DNA of 64,000 nucleotides. Source: Pelagomonas calceolata. Taxonomy: Eukaryota. Location of the stretch: positions 2,418,001 through 2,482,000 of the forward strand of contig CAKKNE010000001.1 in assembly GCA_918797485.1 (NCBI GenBank), read 5' to 3'. The position numbers and the translations under genes were made by a program. Positions 1 to 10,394 of the stretch are shown piece by piece (within the stretch, counting starts at the first letter, position 1; the number at the start of each line of letters is the position of its first letter). The notes under the pieces are model-generated. The model searched no databases and was not told the origin of the DNA. It saw only the letters and a list, made by a program, of their open reading frames with translations.

Positions 1-66
1 CATACTGCGTGGGGGCAGCCTCCACGCCGTCGATGAGACGCGTTTGGCCCGTTTTGGGGGTACTTC

Positions 67-84
67 CTAGTGCCTTACAGCTAG
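67..84 (+). promoter_or_regulatory. CTAG-box motif copy (short variant)
   Basis: CTAGTGCCTTACAGCTAG, ~80 bp upstream of ATG at 166; regulatory role inferred from position. Confidence 0.55.
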
Positions 85-165
85 CTCACGCAGCGCCCGA
101 AATGCCGGGCTTTTGTGAGGCGCCGGGCAGCCTAAAAAACAAGCGGGGCGCAGGAGGGCAGCCCC

Positions 166-1287
166 ATGGACCTCCGCCAGCGCACGACCATCGCCACGGA
201 CCCCTTCGCGACCATCAAAGGCATCGGAAGTCTCACGCTCCGTGCTGAGCAGTACGCCGACCTCGACGCGCCGTCGGTGGCGCGAAGCGTGTCCGTCGAA
301 CGGACGCTGCAGACTTTGGTCAATCTTTCGGCCCAAGCGCACCCCTTGGAGACGTCGACGTTGAAAGGCGCCCGAGAAGGCGTCGACGGCGAGGAGCAGC
401 GCCACCTGACCGCCCCCAGGTTTTATTTGTTGGATCTAGCTCTACGAGTGTGGTCCGAGACGACGTACGCGCATCTGCCCGATCGAAGGTTTGTCGATTT
501 GACGGGAAGTAATGGCGAGAACTGCGTCGCCGCTTCGTTATTACGGGACTGGGTCTCGTGCCGGAGCATCGAGCCGATCCCCGAAGCTAGAGTATTGGCC
601 AAAGCGCTGGTGGATGAGCGAGATAAGCGGCATAATCGAAGGAGGCGAGGGGCGAGTAGACGTGGCAGGGAACCGCAAAAACCACCGGCGCAAGTCTACA
701 TCGAGGAGGCGTCGTGCCTGTGGAACTGCGACTGGTACGACTGCGACGTGGCCTTGTTCGACGCGACGCGGCCAGCATTCAGCGCTTTTGTCGACGAGGG
801 CGCGTTCGTCCGGGCCGCGCTCTGGCCGGGTCTCGCGCGGTGCGCGGAGGGTACGGTCGTCTGCCTCATCTCGCGGGACCCGAACCCGACCGTGCGACGA
901 GCCGAGCTCATCCCGACGGAGGGGCCGTCGGCCTGCGAGTTGCTCGACTCGTGCGTGATCGCGTGCGGCGACGGCGGGACGGCCGAAGCGCTGCGGGCGG
1001 ACATCGTCAAGACCATCGCGCCGTCGTCGGACCCCCGACTTGTACAAAGGCGCGAGCAGAGCAAGACTACTGGATTATTACTCAAGGTGCAGGACGCGCA
1101 CCGCGCGTCCTTGCGACGCAACGTCACGGAGTTCCAGCTCGGGTCGCCCTCCGATGAAAGCTCGTGGGGCTCGACGCCGACGCCCCAAAAGAGCCCGACG
1201 CTCGGCATCGTCCGCCAGCGCAAGTTCGGCGTGGACAAGAGTCCGCTGGGGTCGTTGCTCGAGAAGCGCGGGAGCCGGGACTCGTAA
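166..1287 (+). CDS. hypothetical protein (373 aa)
   Basis: ATG-started ORF with protein-like composition, preceded by a CTAG-box; no recognisable domain. Confidence 0.6.
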   Translation: MDLRQRTTIATDPFATIKGIGSLTLRAEQYADLDAPSVARSVSVERTLQTLVNLSAQAHPLETSTLKGAREGVDGEEQRHLTAPRFYLLDLALRVWSETTYAHLPDRRFVDLTGSNGENCVAASLLRDWVSCRSIEPIPEARVLAKALVDERDKRHNRRRRGASRRGREPQKPPAQVYIEEASCLWNCDWYDCDVALFDATRPAFSAFVDEGAFVRAALWPGLARCAEGTVVCLISRDPNPTVRRAELIPTEGPSACELLDSCVIACGDGGTAEALRADIVKTIAPSSDPRLVQRREQSKTTGLLLKVQDAHRASLRRNVTEFQLGSPSDESSWGSTPTPQKSPTLGIVRQRKFGVDKSPLGSLLEKRGSRDS

Positions 1288-1496
1288 GAATGTTGTGTAT
1301 TTCTCTAGTCTATTTCTGGGTGCGCTGGCGTCGATGGCGTTTCGCTCAGGCTCAGGCTAGTTACGTCGCGGGGTCCCCCGTACCCCTCCCGCTCCCCCCG
1401 GGCCCACCCGTCCGGCTGGACTAGGACGCAAGGGCTGAGTCACAGGGACTCGCACGCCCCCCCCCTCTTCGGGACGCCCCCCATCAGGTTTCGGAG

Positions 1497-1518
1497 CTAG
1501 TGTCTTACAGGTCGCTAG
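1497..1518 (+). promoter_or_regulatory. CTAG-box motif copy
   Basis: CTAGTGTCTTACAGGTCGCTAG, ~100 bp upstream of the fumarase ATG. Confidence 0.6.
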
Positions 1519-1621
1519 CTCCAGCCATTCCTCCGCTTCCGCGGCCGCAGCGTCCTAGCGTTGCAGTTTCAGACCGACTGAACGCATTCGCAGCACCTTA
1601 CACTCACCCTCTCCACGAACC

Positions 1622-3070
1622 ATGCTGCGCCGCGCCCTCGCGTCGCGCCAGACCCTCCTGCGCCACAGGGTGCTCTCGACGCGCACGGAGACCGACTCCT
1701 TCGGGCCGTTGGAAGTGCCCTCAGATAAATACTACGGCGCGCAAACCGCAAGGTCCATGATCAACTTCCCCATCGGCGGGCCCGAGGCGCGCATGCCTTT
1801 GGCGCTGATCCACGCGTTCGGCGTGCTCAAAAAATGCAGTGCATTATACAACAAGCGCACGGGCCGACTGGATGAGAAAATCGCCGACGCCATCGCGGCA
1901 GCCGCCGATGAAGTCGCTTCAGGTAAGTTGGATGACCACTTCCCGCTAGTGGTCTATCAGACTGGTTCGGGAACTCAAACGAACATGAATTGTAACGAGG
2001 TCATCGCGAACCGCGCCATCGAATTGCTGGGTGGTGTCATCGGCTCCAAGGAACCGGTGCACCCGAACGACCACGTGAACATGGGTCAGAGTAGTAACGA
2101 TTCGTTCCCGACCGCGATGCACATTTCGGCCGTGACGGAGTTGGAAAATCGTTTATTACCTTCCTTGGAGCATCTACGGAAGGCCTTAGCTCAGAAGTCG
2201 GACGAGTTCTCGTCCATCATCAAGATAGGACGCACGCACTGCCAGGACGCGACGCCCGTGACCTTAGGCCAAGTATTTTCTGGGTATGAGGCCCAAGTTG
2301 CCGATAGTATCGAAAGGGTCAAGGGCGCCCTACCTCGCCTAAGGAAGCTTGCCTTGGGCGGCACGGCCGTCGGTACTGGTTTGAACACGAAGGCTGGCTA
2401 CGACGTCGCGATCGCCGCCGACATTGCCAATGAGACCGGTTTAGCCTTCGAGACGGCGCCGAACAAGTTCGCTGCTTTAGCCGCACATGACGCCATCGTC
2501 GAGGCCTGCGGGCAGTTAGCAGCTACGGCTTGTGCTCTCAATAAAATTGCAAATGACTTAAGGCTGCTCGGAAGCGGCCCACGAAGCGGTTTAGGTGAAA
2601 TTGCATTACCGGAGAACGAACCTGGAAGTTCGATCATGCCGGGCAAGGTGAATCCGACGCAGTGCGAGGCCGTGACCATGGTCGCGGCGCGCGTGGTCGG
2701 CGATTGTGCGACGGCCCAATTCGGCGGCGCGCAGGGCCACTTCGAGCTCAACGTCTTCAAGCCCGTCATGGCCATGGCCTTACTGTCGTCGACGCGCTTG
2801 CTGGCGGACTGCTCGGTCGCCTTCACGGACAAATGCGTGTCTGGAATCGTCGCGAACGAGGGCCGCATCGGCGACCTCATGGCGTCCAGTCTGATGCTCG
2901 TGACGGCGCTGAACCCGCATATCGGGTACGACAACGCGACCAAGGTCGCGAAGAAGGCGCACAAGGACGGCACGTCCTTGATCGAGGCGGGCGAGGCCTT
3001 GGGGCTCTTCACGGCGCAGCAGTTCGGGGAGTGGGTGCGGCCCGAGCGCATGATCGCGCCCGAGCCCTAG
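1622..3070 (+). CDS. FUM1: class II fumarate hydratase, mitochondrial
   Basis: [15 protein letters not shown] signature, [32 protein letters not shown]; Arg-rich N-terminal presequence. Confidence 0.97.
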   Translation: MLRRALASRQTLLRHRVLSTRTETDSFGPLEVPSDKYYGAQTARSMINFPIGGPEARMPLALIHAFGVLKKCSALYNKRTGRLDEKIADAIAAAADEVASGKLDDHFPLVVYQTGSGTQTNMNCNEVIANRAIELLGGVIGSKEPVHPNDHVNMGQSSNDSFPTAMHISAVTELENRLLPSLEHLRKALAQKSDEFSSIIKIGRTHCQDATPVTLGQVFSGYEAQVADSIERVKGALPRLRKLALGGTAVGTGLNTKAGYDVAIAADIANETGLAFETAPNKFAALAAHDAIVEACGQLAATACALNKIANDLRLLGSGPRSGLGEIALPENEPGSSIMPGKVNPTQCEAVTMVAARVVGDCATAQFGGAQGHFELNVFKPVMAMALLSSTRLLADCSVAFTDKCVSGIVANEGRIGDLMASSLMLVTALNPHIGYDNATKVAKKAHKDGTSLIEAGEALGLFTAQQFGEWVRPERMIAPEP

Positions 3071-3103
3071 TTGATTTCTCCGGGGCGTAAAGATATGAAC
3101 CTC

Positions 3104-4264
3104 TTAGATTGCTCCCAGCGCCTCGCAGAGGTCGCCCGGCGACTGCGCTTCGCGGGCGCGGAGCACGGCTCGCGACTTTCGCAGGCATTTCTCCATGTCC
3201 ACTGTGAGCGGGTGCGCGCCTCCGAGCACGCGCCGCGCGATCCGCTCCGTCTCCTCGAGCGTCGTCACGGCCTCGCGGAGGTCGTCGATTGTCGCGCAGT
3301 CGTCCTGGTAAATTTCTTGCGCATAATTCATCTTCATCGTGAGCGTGATAGAATTATTAGCTCCGAGAATGCGCCGCGCCACGGGTATCGTCTTGCGCAG
3401 GAGTGCCTTGGCTTCTTTGAGGCGGTCCAGACCGTGAAGCGCCACCCCGAGGTTAAGCGCTGCCCGGATGGTCTCTCCATGTTCCTCGCCACAGAGCTTC
3501 ACATATCCAAAGTATACATCCTGCCGCATCCGCATGGCCTCTTCGAGCCGTCCTAGCGCTCTTAACGTTCTCGCAAGATTGCCCTGCGTGACGAGCATGT
3601 TCTGTTCTGGTACGCCAAGACGCCGTCGCATAGACAACTGGGTCTCTCTCACGGACAATGCGTCCTCGTGGTTTGCTGCATCATGTAAACCGTTCCCAAG
3701 CTGCGTCATCGCCAAGCCATGAGCCCAGTCCGTCTCCGGCCGGGCCACGTACGTCCTCCAGCACGCCCACCCGAGCGCGCCCGCCACGACGCCGTGGTAG
3801 TCTTGCTCGCAAAGGCCGCACTTGTACCACCGCGCCCACCTCTCATTCAACGCCTTGTCATCCAAATTGTTCTCCTCGCCCTCCGCGAACAAAATCTTCG
3901 CCTGCTCCGCCAGACACGAGACGTGTGCGAAGCCTGCCGTACCGCGGCACGAACACATGCGCACGAGGCCCTCCTTCGTTTTCCAATGCAAAGCTTGCGT
4001 GCAGATGTAGCACGTCTGGCCCTTCGTGTCCTCCGCGCACGCCTCCGCCGCGGCCACGACGGCCTCTGTGTACTTCTTATTTGCGTTGTACTGCTCTGCG
4101 CCGCCTGCTTTCTTTATTTTTTTACATAGATTGTCGTGCCCGCCCTCTTTCCAGTGCTGCACCTGGCAGGCTGCCCCACAGTAGCGCGTGCTGCAGCGGC
4201 CGCATTTCTTGCCCAATGATAAGCCAAGCTCGGTGGCACAGACGGCGCACTGCGTGAGGATCAT
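3104..4264 (-). CDS. MYND zinc finger + RING-variant + TPR-repeat protein
   Basis: CAVC...CGRC...YCGAACQVQHWKEGGH (MYND); CYIC...CSCRGTAGFAHVSCL (RINGv); kinesin-light-chain-like TPRs; first ATG at 4264. Confidence 0.88.
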   Translation of the reverse strand: MILTQCAVCATELGLSLGKKCGRCSTRYCGAACQVQHWKEGGHDNLCKKIKKAGGAEQYNANKKYTEAVVAAAEACAEDTKGQTCYICTQALHWKTKEGLVRMCSCRGTAGFAHVSCLAEQAKILFAEGEENNLDDKALNERWARWYKCGLCEQDYHGVVAGALGWACWRTYVARPETDWAHGLAMTQLGNGLHDAANHEDALSVRETQLSMRRRLGVPEQNMLVTQGNLARTLRALGRLEEAMRMRQDVYFGYVKLCGEEHGETIRAALNLGVALHGLDRLKEAKALLRKTIPVARRILGANNSITLTMKMNYAQEIYQDDCATIDDLREAVTTLEETERIARRVLGGAHPLTVDMEKCLRKSRAVLRAREAQSPGDLCEALGAI

Positions 4265-4336
4265 CTTTTGTATGGTCAACTCCTTCGGGGGCAGCCCTAC
4301 GATGCAAAGCAGCCCTCATGCCCATGCAGCTTTTGG

Positions 4337-4357
4337 CTAGTGCCTTACAGCCGCTAG
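4337..4357 (+). promoter_or_regulatory. CTAG-box motif copy (divergent promoter)
   Basis: CTAGTGCCTTACAGCCGCTAG between head-to-head genes (4264-/4607+). Confidence 0.65.
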
Positions 4358-4606
4358 CTAATTCTAAAAGTGGTCTCAACTCAGGACGCGTCAGCAGCGA
4401 TCGCTTTCGGGGCGGCAGGCGATCCGTGGCCAGAACTGCGGCCGGCACGCAAAAGACAAGGCAGTGCAGCGCATCAGAGGAGGCACAAGAGCGGCGCCCG
4501 CGGGCCTACCGGACGAACCAGTAATCGCATCACTCTCAGTTCGAAGCACGCGAAGCGCAGCGCGCGCGATACCGCCGCAAAGACCCAAAAATAGCTTCTG
4601 GCAGGC

Positions 4607-5140
4607 ATGGCCGAACTCCTCCCCACGTCGACGGGCCGCGCCCAGCTCGACGCGCTGCGGACCTACGAGGAGCACGCGGCCAAGGGCGACGCGCACGGCG
4701 CGTTCAACTGTAGCGTCTGCTACGCGCGGGGCCTCGGCTGTTCCAGAGATCGGGACAAGGCGTTGCGGTTCTTGAGGCAGGCCGCCGACGGCGGCCTGCC
4801 GCAAGCCCAAGCCCAACTGGCCTATTTGTACTCGACGGGGCGCGGCGGCATCGACGGGAAGGACGACGCCGAGGCCGAGCGCTGGTGGCGCCTCGCGGCG
4901 GCCCAAGGCGACCACGACGCCGTGTCGCGCCTGCAGAAGCGCGGGATCGCCGTGGCGCGCCGCGCGTCGCCGCCGCCGCCGCCGCCCGAGCGGTCGCGCC
5001 TCGCGATACTCTTCGACGACTTCTGCGTCGGCCCCTGCGCCGTTTTTTTGGGGAAGCTGCGCGGCGGCACTCCTCCGAGCGACCTCGCGGACCCGCTCCT
5101 CGAGGAGCCCGTTTCGACCGAACCCGAATACGAGATCTGA
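4607..5140 (+). CDS. Sel1-repeat protein
   Basis: AQAQLAYLYSTGRGG...EAERWWRLAAAQG and a second Sel1 repeat. Confidence 0.85.
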   Translation: MAELLPTSTGRAQLDALRTYEEHAAKGDAHGAFNCSVCYARGLGCSRDRDKALRFLRQAADGGLPQAQAQLAYLYSTGRGGIDGKDDAEAERWWRLAAAQGDHDAVSRLQKRGIAVARRASPPPPPPERSRLAILFDDFCVGPCAVFLGKLRGGTPPSDLADPLLEEPVSTEPEYEI

Positions 5141-5159
5141 TCCTCTCCCTGTCTTTTGA

Positions 5160-5596
5160 TGTCGAATACCTAAAAGTTAGGAGGTTAAACTCCGTTAGGT
5201 TTTTACACCTTCGCGTTAAAAATAAACCCTATAAACAAAGATGTCACGCTGGCCTTGTCAGAAGAAAGTCCACATGAAGAAGCTTGTGGATAAAATAAAA
5301 CGACGTGGAGATTCACTCGCTGGCCAAGCCAAAAAAGAAGCTTTGGATAACGCAACAAAAGACGCGTGTCAAGAGATAGAGACTATACTTGCGAAAGAGC
5401 CTGCGTTAGAATCACAGACCATAAGTAAAGACAGAGCCCTCTTTGACAAGATTCACCAAGAAGAATTTGGGCGACTCGCGGACAACGAACGTCCGAAACG
5501 CCCAAGACAAAAATCCCGAAATTCAAATATCGCTAAAATCCGAAATTAACAAATCCCGAATTTCCACTTGTCGAATACCTAGTCAGGTATTCGACA
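5160..5596. mobile_element. 437-bp non-autonomous element (MITE or solo LTR), TG...CA, 12-bp TIR, 4-bp TSD
   Basis: TGTCGAATACCT (5160-5171) / AGGTATTCGACA (5585-5596); TTGA at 5156-5159 and 5597-5600; AT-rich interior. Confidence 0.8.
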
Positions 5597-5619
5597 TTGA
5601 GTAACACTGTACAAGATTT

Positions 5620-6807
5620 TTAACCACCAACATTGGAGCCGCCGCTCATGCAGAGCGTCGCGAGCGCCGCGTCGACGTAATCGTCCTCCTCTTCGGACAG
5701 GCCCGACGCCGTGCGATCAGGCGGGCCGAGCACGGCGCCGACGACGGAGGGCCCCAGCACGTCCTCGAGGGCCGCGCGCCGCCGCAGCGCGTCGACGAGG
5801 CGCCGCCCGGTCTTCTCGTTCAGCAAACCGACCAACAGCCGCGGCGCCGGCGCCGCGGGCGGCCGCAGCAGCCGTGCGACGCAGTCGTCCGCCGCGTTGA
5901 GTCGCAACAGCGCCGACCGGTCCCAGACGACGAGGAGTGATGCGGCGTCGACCATCTTCGACGACAAACACGCCGTGTCCACGAACAACGCGTCCCACAG
6001 AACGCAGACGTCGTCGGCCACATACCTGCGACCAAATAATGTCCGCAGCCAGCTCAGCGCGTAGATCTGCGGCAGGACCTCGAGTCTCTCCAAATGCGCG
6101 TGGAGCTCCTCGTCGACCGCCGCCAGCGCGCGGCCCTGCACGTCGTCACATAGCTCTACGGCCGGCGGCCGGCGATGCGGCGACGGCGTCATCCCGTCGA
6201 AGCCGTCGAAGATCGGTCGTGTGACGGCCGCAAGCTTCGCGAAGAGCGAGAAGGCGTCCGCTTCCAGGTCGTCCGCCGACGGCAACAGAGCGTGCAGGGG
6301 CGACGACGGCGCCGGACAGTACAGCGACGCGGCGCCCTGCGCCCGCTCCAACGCCCACCAGATCGTCGCTAAGACTTCGTGCATGCCCTGGCGATAATCT
6401 CCAGACGTGCAGTGCCAGGTTAAGAGAGCGTCGAAGAGCGCTTTTTGTCTTGTAGCCTCCGCGAAGTGGTCGCCCGCTCCATCAATATAGCACCGTTCGC
6501 AGTCCTTCCGAATCTGGTCGGCCGTGTCCTCGAGCGCTTCGTCGGTCTCAGCACCATCAACCACGCGCTTCAGCCTCCTCAGCGCGTCGTCGCGCTTCTT
6601 CGCGTAGGCCGATCGGTCGTCGGCGAGCGCGCGCCGCCACGACTTCGGCTTCTGCGGGTCGACCGCTCGTAGAAAGAGGCGCCACGCCGCGCCTCGCGCG
6701 GCTATTGGCAACTTGCCTCTGGCGGCCAGCGCTTCGAGGCGCTCGAGGCAGGCGTGGGGCTGGTCCTCGATGTGCGCGAGGACGGCTGCGGCGGCTTGGT
6801 CCTCCAT
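5620..6807 (-). CDS. TBC-domain Rab GTPase-activating protein
   Basis: IRKDCERC (IxxDxxR), YRQGMHEVLA (YxQGM), WLRTLFGR, LWDALF. Confidence 0.9.
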   Translation of the reverse strand: MEDQAAAAVLAHIEDQPHACLERLEALAARGKLPIAARGAAWRLFLRAVDPQKPKSWRRALADDRSAYAKKRDDALRRLKRVVDGAETDEALEDTADQIRKDCERCYIDGAGDHFAEATRQKALFDALLTWHCTSGDYRQGMHEVLATIWWALERAQGAASLYCPAPSSPLHALLPSADDLEADAFSLFAKLAAVTRPIFDGFDGMTPSPHRRPPAVELCDDVQGRALAAVDEELHAHLERLEVLPQIYALSWLRTLFGRRYVADDVCVLWDALFVDTACLSSKMVDAASLLVVWDRSALLRLNAADDCVARLLRPPAAPAPRLLVGLLNEKTGRRLVDALRRRAALEDVLGPSVVGAVLGPPDRTASGLSEEEDDYVDAALATLCMSGGSNVGG

Positions 6808-7015
6808 TTCTTGATATGAATTGCGCCGCTTCTTGCCCGCGCTCTCCGCTGGCTGGCGCGGCGCTCTCCGGATCTCCGGCTGCGGGGACGCTATGCGAGC
6901 GGCAGGCGGCTGCGGCTCGAAGGTGGCTTCGATAGCGTTGTGCGGCGGCCTTCTAGGGCTTGAAACACAATTGGTTGGAGCTGTGTGTGGCTCGATAAAT
7001 TGCTGGAGCGGCTTG

Positions 7016-7036
7016 CTAGTGCGTTACGGACGCTAG
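7016..7036 (+). promoter_or_regulatory. CTAG-box motif copy (divergent promoter)
   Basis: CTAGTGCGTTACGGACGCTAG between 6807- and 7184+. Confidence 0.6.
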
Positions 7037-7183
7037 GTGCAAGCGCCGGCGCGCGCGCTCAAAACCAGCCGCTACGGCCTTTTGGTCACTCTAGAATTCA
7101 CTATTTCACCGCTGGCGCACAGCTGTCGATCGCTGTGGCACCAGCGTTGCAAGCCGGTAACACACCACTGCACACCACTCAAA

Positions 7184-8428
7184 ATGGCGCGCGGCGCAAG
7201 CACCAACCGCGCCATACCGGAAGACGTCATGGCTAAAGCCTTGTCATACCTCTCGCTGCCGGACGGCTGGCAGGCCGCTAGCGCTTGTAAGACGTACCGC
7301 GCGTGTTGGCGGCGCCGCTGCCGTGGGATGCTCCGCGTCGCGCGAGAGCGCATTGGCAGATTTTCCTACATCGATCACCTCACCGCTCTGTCTGGCGGCG
7401 ATGGCATTATCGTGCCACATTATGGAGAGCATCGTCTGGAAATATACTCGCCAGAGGTCGTGCACCGAGGCACCTGTGCCGGAAGACAATTTCGTCATGT
7501 AGAGGACGGTGAGTCTTGGACTTCAGACACTTTACAGACGCCCTCTGCGGTGGCCCTCCGCGGCGACGGCACCGCATGGGTGATCCTGAAAGATGAGGGG
7601 GAGGTCGCTTGTGTGAGGCTGGGGGCGGTGATCAGCGAGCATATCATGCTGATTGAGACGGACTGCTTCATGCCTGTGGACCTCGCTCTTGCTGGAGACA
7701 GGCTGCTCGTTCTGTCTTGTGAATACCCCAGCCTCGGGCGCGTCTACGTGCTCGATAATCAGACGGGTGCCCAGCTTTCCACCTTTGGTTCGACCGGCGA
7801 GTCGTGGCGCGATGAGCTGCGCGGTCCTAGTTGTCTGGCGGTTCACGAGCAGTATTGCTTCATAGCCGATACTCACAATCAGGCTGTTAAGGTGTTCGAC
7901 TGGCGCGAGGGTACGCTCGTTAGGGTCTTCGGCAAACGCCAAGATGATCCATGGGATGTCAAGACTCTCATGACAGACGCATTTATGACCCCTGAGCCGG
8001 TTAGCTACCATGAATTTCGTGATGACTATTATGATCTCCGCAAAGGAGACGGCCCCGGTGAATTCAATCTGCCCCTTGGCGTTGCAGTGCGAGATGGAAA
8101 ACTATATGTCTCGGAGCTGGAAGGCCGTAGAATCCAAGTGTTTCGTCTGCCCGATGATATGCACGGCTCGGATCTGGAATTACTGCAGATTATCCCTTCC
8201 CCAGACGGCTGGCCACTGAGTGGTCTTTGCGTGGACGACGCCGGCCGGTTGTGGTGCGTGGGCCCCGGGGTGTCGTATACCGGCGGATACACGCATGAAC
8301 ATCCTGGACATAATGCCGATTATGTGTTCGATGACGGTCCTAGCACCGTAACATCTGCGCGACTGGAGAAAAAGCTCTACCGACATATCTCCTGTTACCT
8401 GCACATCTTCGAGCCCGTGTTTAAGTGA
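7184..8428 (+). CDS. F-box-like + NHL-repeat beta-propeller protein
   Basis: IPEDVMAKALSYL...ASACKTY (F-box-like); GPGEFNLPLGVAV...LYVSELEGRRIQVF and FIADTHNQAVKVF NHL repeats; first ATG at 7184. Confidence 0.8.
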   Translation: MARGASTNRAIPEDVMAKALSYLSLPDGWQAASACKTYRACWRRRCRGMLRVARERIGRFSYIDHLTALSGGDGIIVPHYGEHRLEIYSPEVVHRGTCAGRQFRHVEDGESWTSDTLQTPSAVALRGDGTAWVILKDEGEVACVRLGAVISEHIMLIETDCFMPVDLALAGDRLLVLSCEYPSLGRVYVLDNQTGAQLSTFGSTGESWRDELRGPSCLAVHEQYCFIADTHNQAVKVFDWREGTLVRVFGKRQDDPWDVKTLMTDAFMTPEPVSYHEFRDDYYDLRKGDGPGEFNLPLGVAVRDGKLYVSELEGRRIQVFRLPDDMHGSDLELLQIIPSPDGWPLSGLCVDDAGRLWCVGPGVSYTGGYTHEHPGHNADYVFDDGPSTVTSARLEKKLYRHISCYLHIFEPVFK

Positions 8429-8445
8429 AATATTGTATCAACATA

Positions 8446-10077
8446 TTACCCGCCCTGCACCGCGACCCCGTCCCACACGAACACCTGCCGCCCGCCGAGC
8501 TCCGGCGCCGCGCACTCGCGCCAGACGCTGCCCCCCGGCTCGTTCCACGTCGTCGCGCCGGTCGGCGCGTGCCAGAAGTAGGGGTGACCCGCGTCGGTCA
8601 TGCGGTACCACTGCGGCGCGTTGGGCGGCGGCGCTTGCGACGAGGCGCCCGTCGCCGGCGCGTAGTACGTCCGGGCGTCGGCGCCGGCCGCCGCGACCTC
8701 GTACCAGCCGGGCGTCTTTGATTTCTCGGCGAGGAACTTCTGCGTCGCCGAGAGGTCCGGCTTCGGCGGCGGTGGCGGCGGCCGGGGAGCCGCCGGCGCC
8801 GCGGGCCGCACGACGCGCCCGACGCCGGCGCGCGCCGCGGGCCGCCGCCGCGCGGCGGCCGGCCGCGCGGGCTGCGCGTAGGGCGACCGCGGAGGTTTGT
8901 TGACAGGGCTCCGCCGCGGCGTGGCGGTCCGCGGCGCGGCGCCGGGCACGGGCGGCGGCGCCGGGCGCGGCGCCGGAGGCGCAGGCCGCGGCGCGGCCGG
9001 CACGGGCCGCGGCGCCGGCGGCGTGGGCGCCGGCGGCGGCCGCGCGAACTGGGCCGCGCGCTTCTCCGCGCGGCACTTCTCATACGCCGCGGACCCGAAG
9101 AGCCGGTCGTTCTCGTACGCGCGCGGCGCGGCGCAGACGCGGCACCGCGCGGCGTCTTCACCATTCCCCCGGGCGCAGACGCGGCAGGTCCAGGCTTCGG
9201 TTGATGGTGGCGGCGGCGGCGCGGCGGCCTTGCGCGCGGCGGCGGCCGCGCGCGCCGCCGCCGCGCGCCGCGCCGCCGCCGACGGCTTTGTCGGAGGCGC
9301 CGCCATCGTCGCCGCGGCGCAGCTACACGAGAACGTCGACGCTGGTTGGCCGGCCTTGTCCACGGCGCGAACGCGCGCTTCGTAGGCTTGTGCTGGTGCG
9401 AGATTTTTCTTCCGAGCCGCGGCACACGTGACGCGCGCGCCCTTCTCGGGCCAGGGCCGGCCCGCCCGGCGGAACATGACCTCGTAGCCCGCGGCGCCGC
9501 CCACTTGAGCCCACACCACCGTCAGCGAGTGCGGCGCCCGGGCCGTGACGCGCAGCCCGGTCGGCCGCCGGAGCATCGTCGGCCGTCTCATGGTCTTCGC
9601 GGCGGGCCGTTTTGCTGTTTTCTTGGTCACGGACGGCGGGCAGGGCGCCTTGCGCTTCGTCCGCTTGGGCGGCGGTTTAGGGCCCAGCCCTGTTGTCGGC
9701 TTCCGCGTCATGTCATATTTCTTTCGTTTCTCGGCGTCGGACAGCACCTCCCAGGCCCTTACTAAAACCTGGAAGAGTGTTGTGGTGGTGCCGTTCGACT
9801 TGTCGGGGTGGTAGCGTAGGCACAACCGTTTGTAGCTCTTTCTCAGGTCCGCCGCCGACGACGTAGGAGCGCAGCAGAGCGCGGCGTAGTGGTCGCTTAG
9901 TTTGGAGAAGCACTGTTCGAGCAACGGACCGCAGTCCTCTCCACTTAACGTACGGTTCTTGAGTATCAACGCAATTGCCTCGTGGTAGGAGCGGCCCTTT
10001 TTGTGCGCTATAGCTTTTTTATAGGTTTCCGCCGAGCATTTGGTGGCGCGCAGCGTCGCGCCGAGCTTGGCGTCCAT
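8446..10077 (-). CDS. DnaJ-domain protein with FN3, RanBP2-type zinc finger and WW domains
   Basis: YHPDK J-domain; YEARVRAV FN3-like; WTCRVCARGN...CRVC; WYRMTDAGHPYFWHAPTGATTWNEP. Confidence 0.85.
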   Translation of the reverse strand: MDAKLGATLRATKCSAETYKKAIAHKKGRSYHEAIALILKNRTLSGEDCGPLLEQCFSKLSDHYAALCCAPTSSAADLRKSYKRLCLRYHPDKSNGTTTTLFQVLVRAWEVLSDAEKRKKYDMTRKPTTGLGPKPPPKRTKRKAPCPPSVTKKTAKRPAAKTMRRPTMLRRPTGLRVTARAPHSLTVVWAQVGGAAGYEVMFRRAGRPWPEKGARVTCAAARKKNLAPAQAYEARVRAVDKAGQPASTFSCSCAAATMAAPPTKPSAAARRAAAARAAAAARKAAAPPPPPSTEAWTCRVCARGNGEDAARCRVCAAPRAYENDRLFGSAAYEKCRAEKRAAQFARPPPAPTPPAPRPVPAAPRPAPPAPRPAPPPVPGAAPRTATPRRSPVNKPPRSPYAQPARPAAARRRPAARAGVGRVVRPAAPAAPRPPPPPPKPDLSATQKFLAEKSKTPGWYEVAAAGADARTYYAPATGASSQAPPPNAPQWYRMTDAGHPYFWHAPTGATTWNEPGGSVWRECAAPELGGRQVFVWDGVAVQGG

Positions 10078-10394
10078 CGTCCAGGCTTGGCGGGCTGCCT
10101 CTTTGCCCCGGCGGCTGCCCTTTTTTACCCTTCCTTGGCACGCCAAATGTAAACGATTTTAGTGCCTTGGGCTCTAGCATCCGTGCCGCCGGCGGTGGTG
10201 AATTCCTTTATGCGTGCCGGTGGATCGCTGTTGCTTCCGAAGGCTGCCGTCGCGCCCGCCCCAGCCAGTGGATTAGCTTGAAAGGCTGCAGCTCTCCGTA
10301 ATTTGGCTCTCAAAACAAGCCGCACGGCTGCTCCCGAGCCGCACGCGTCGCGCCATTTGTCCGCATAGATCGAATCCGTGGAAATCCAGCAGCG

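Noticed and set aside
5241..5549. 102-aa ORF as an independent host gene or transposase
   Set aside because: Lies inside the TIR/TSD-bounded element, has atypical codon usage and no DDE or other motif
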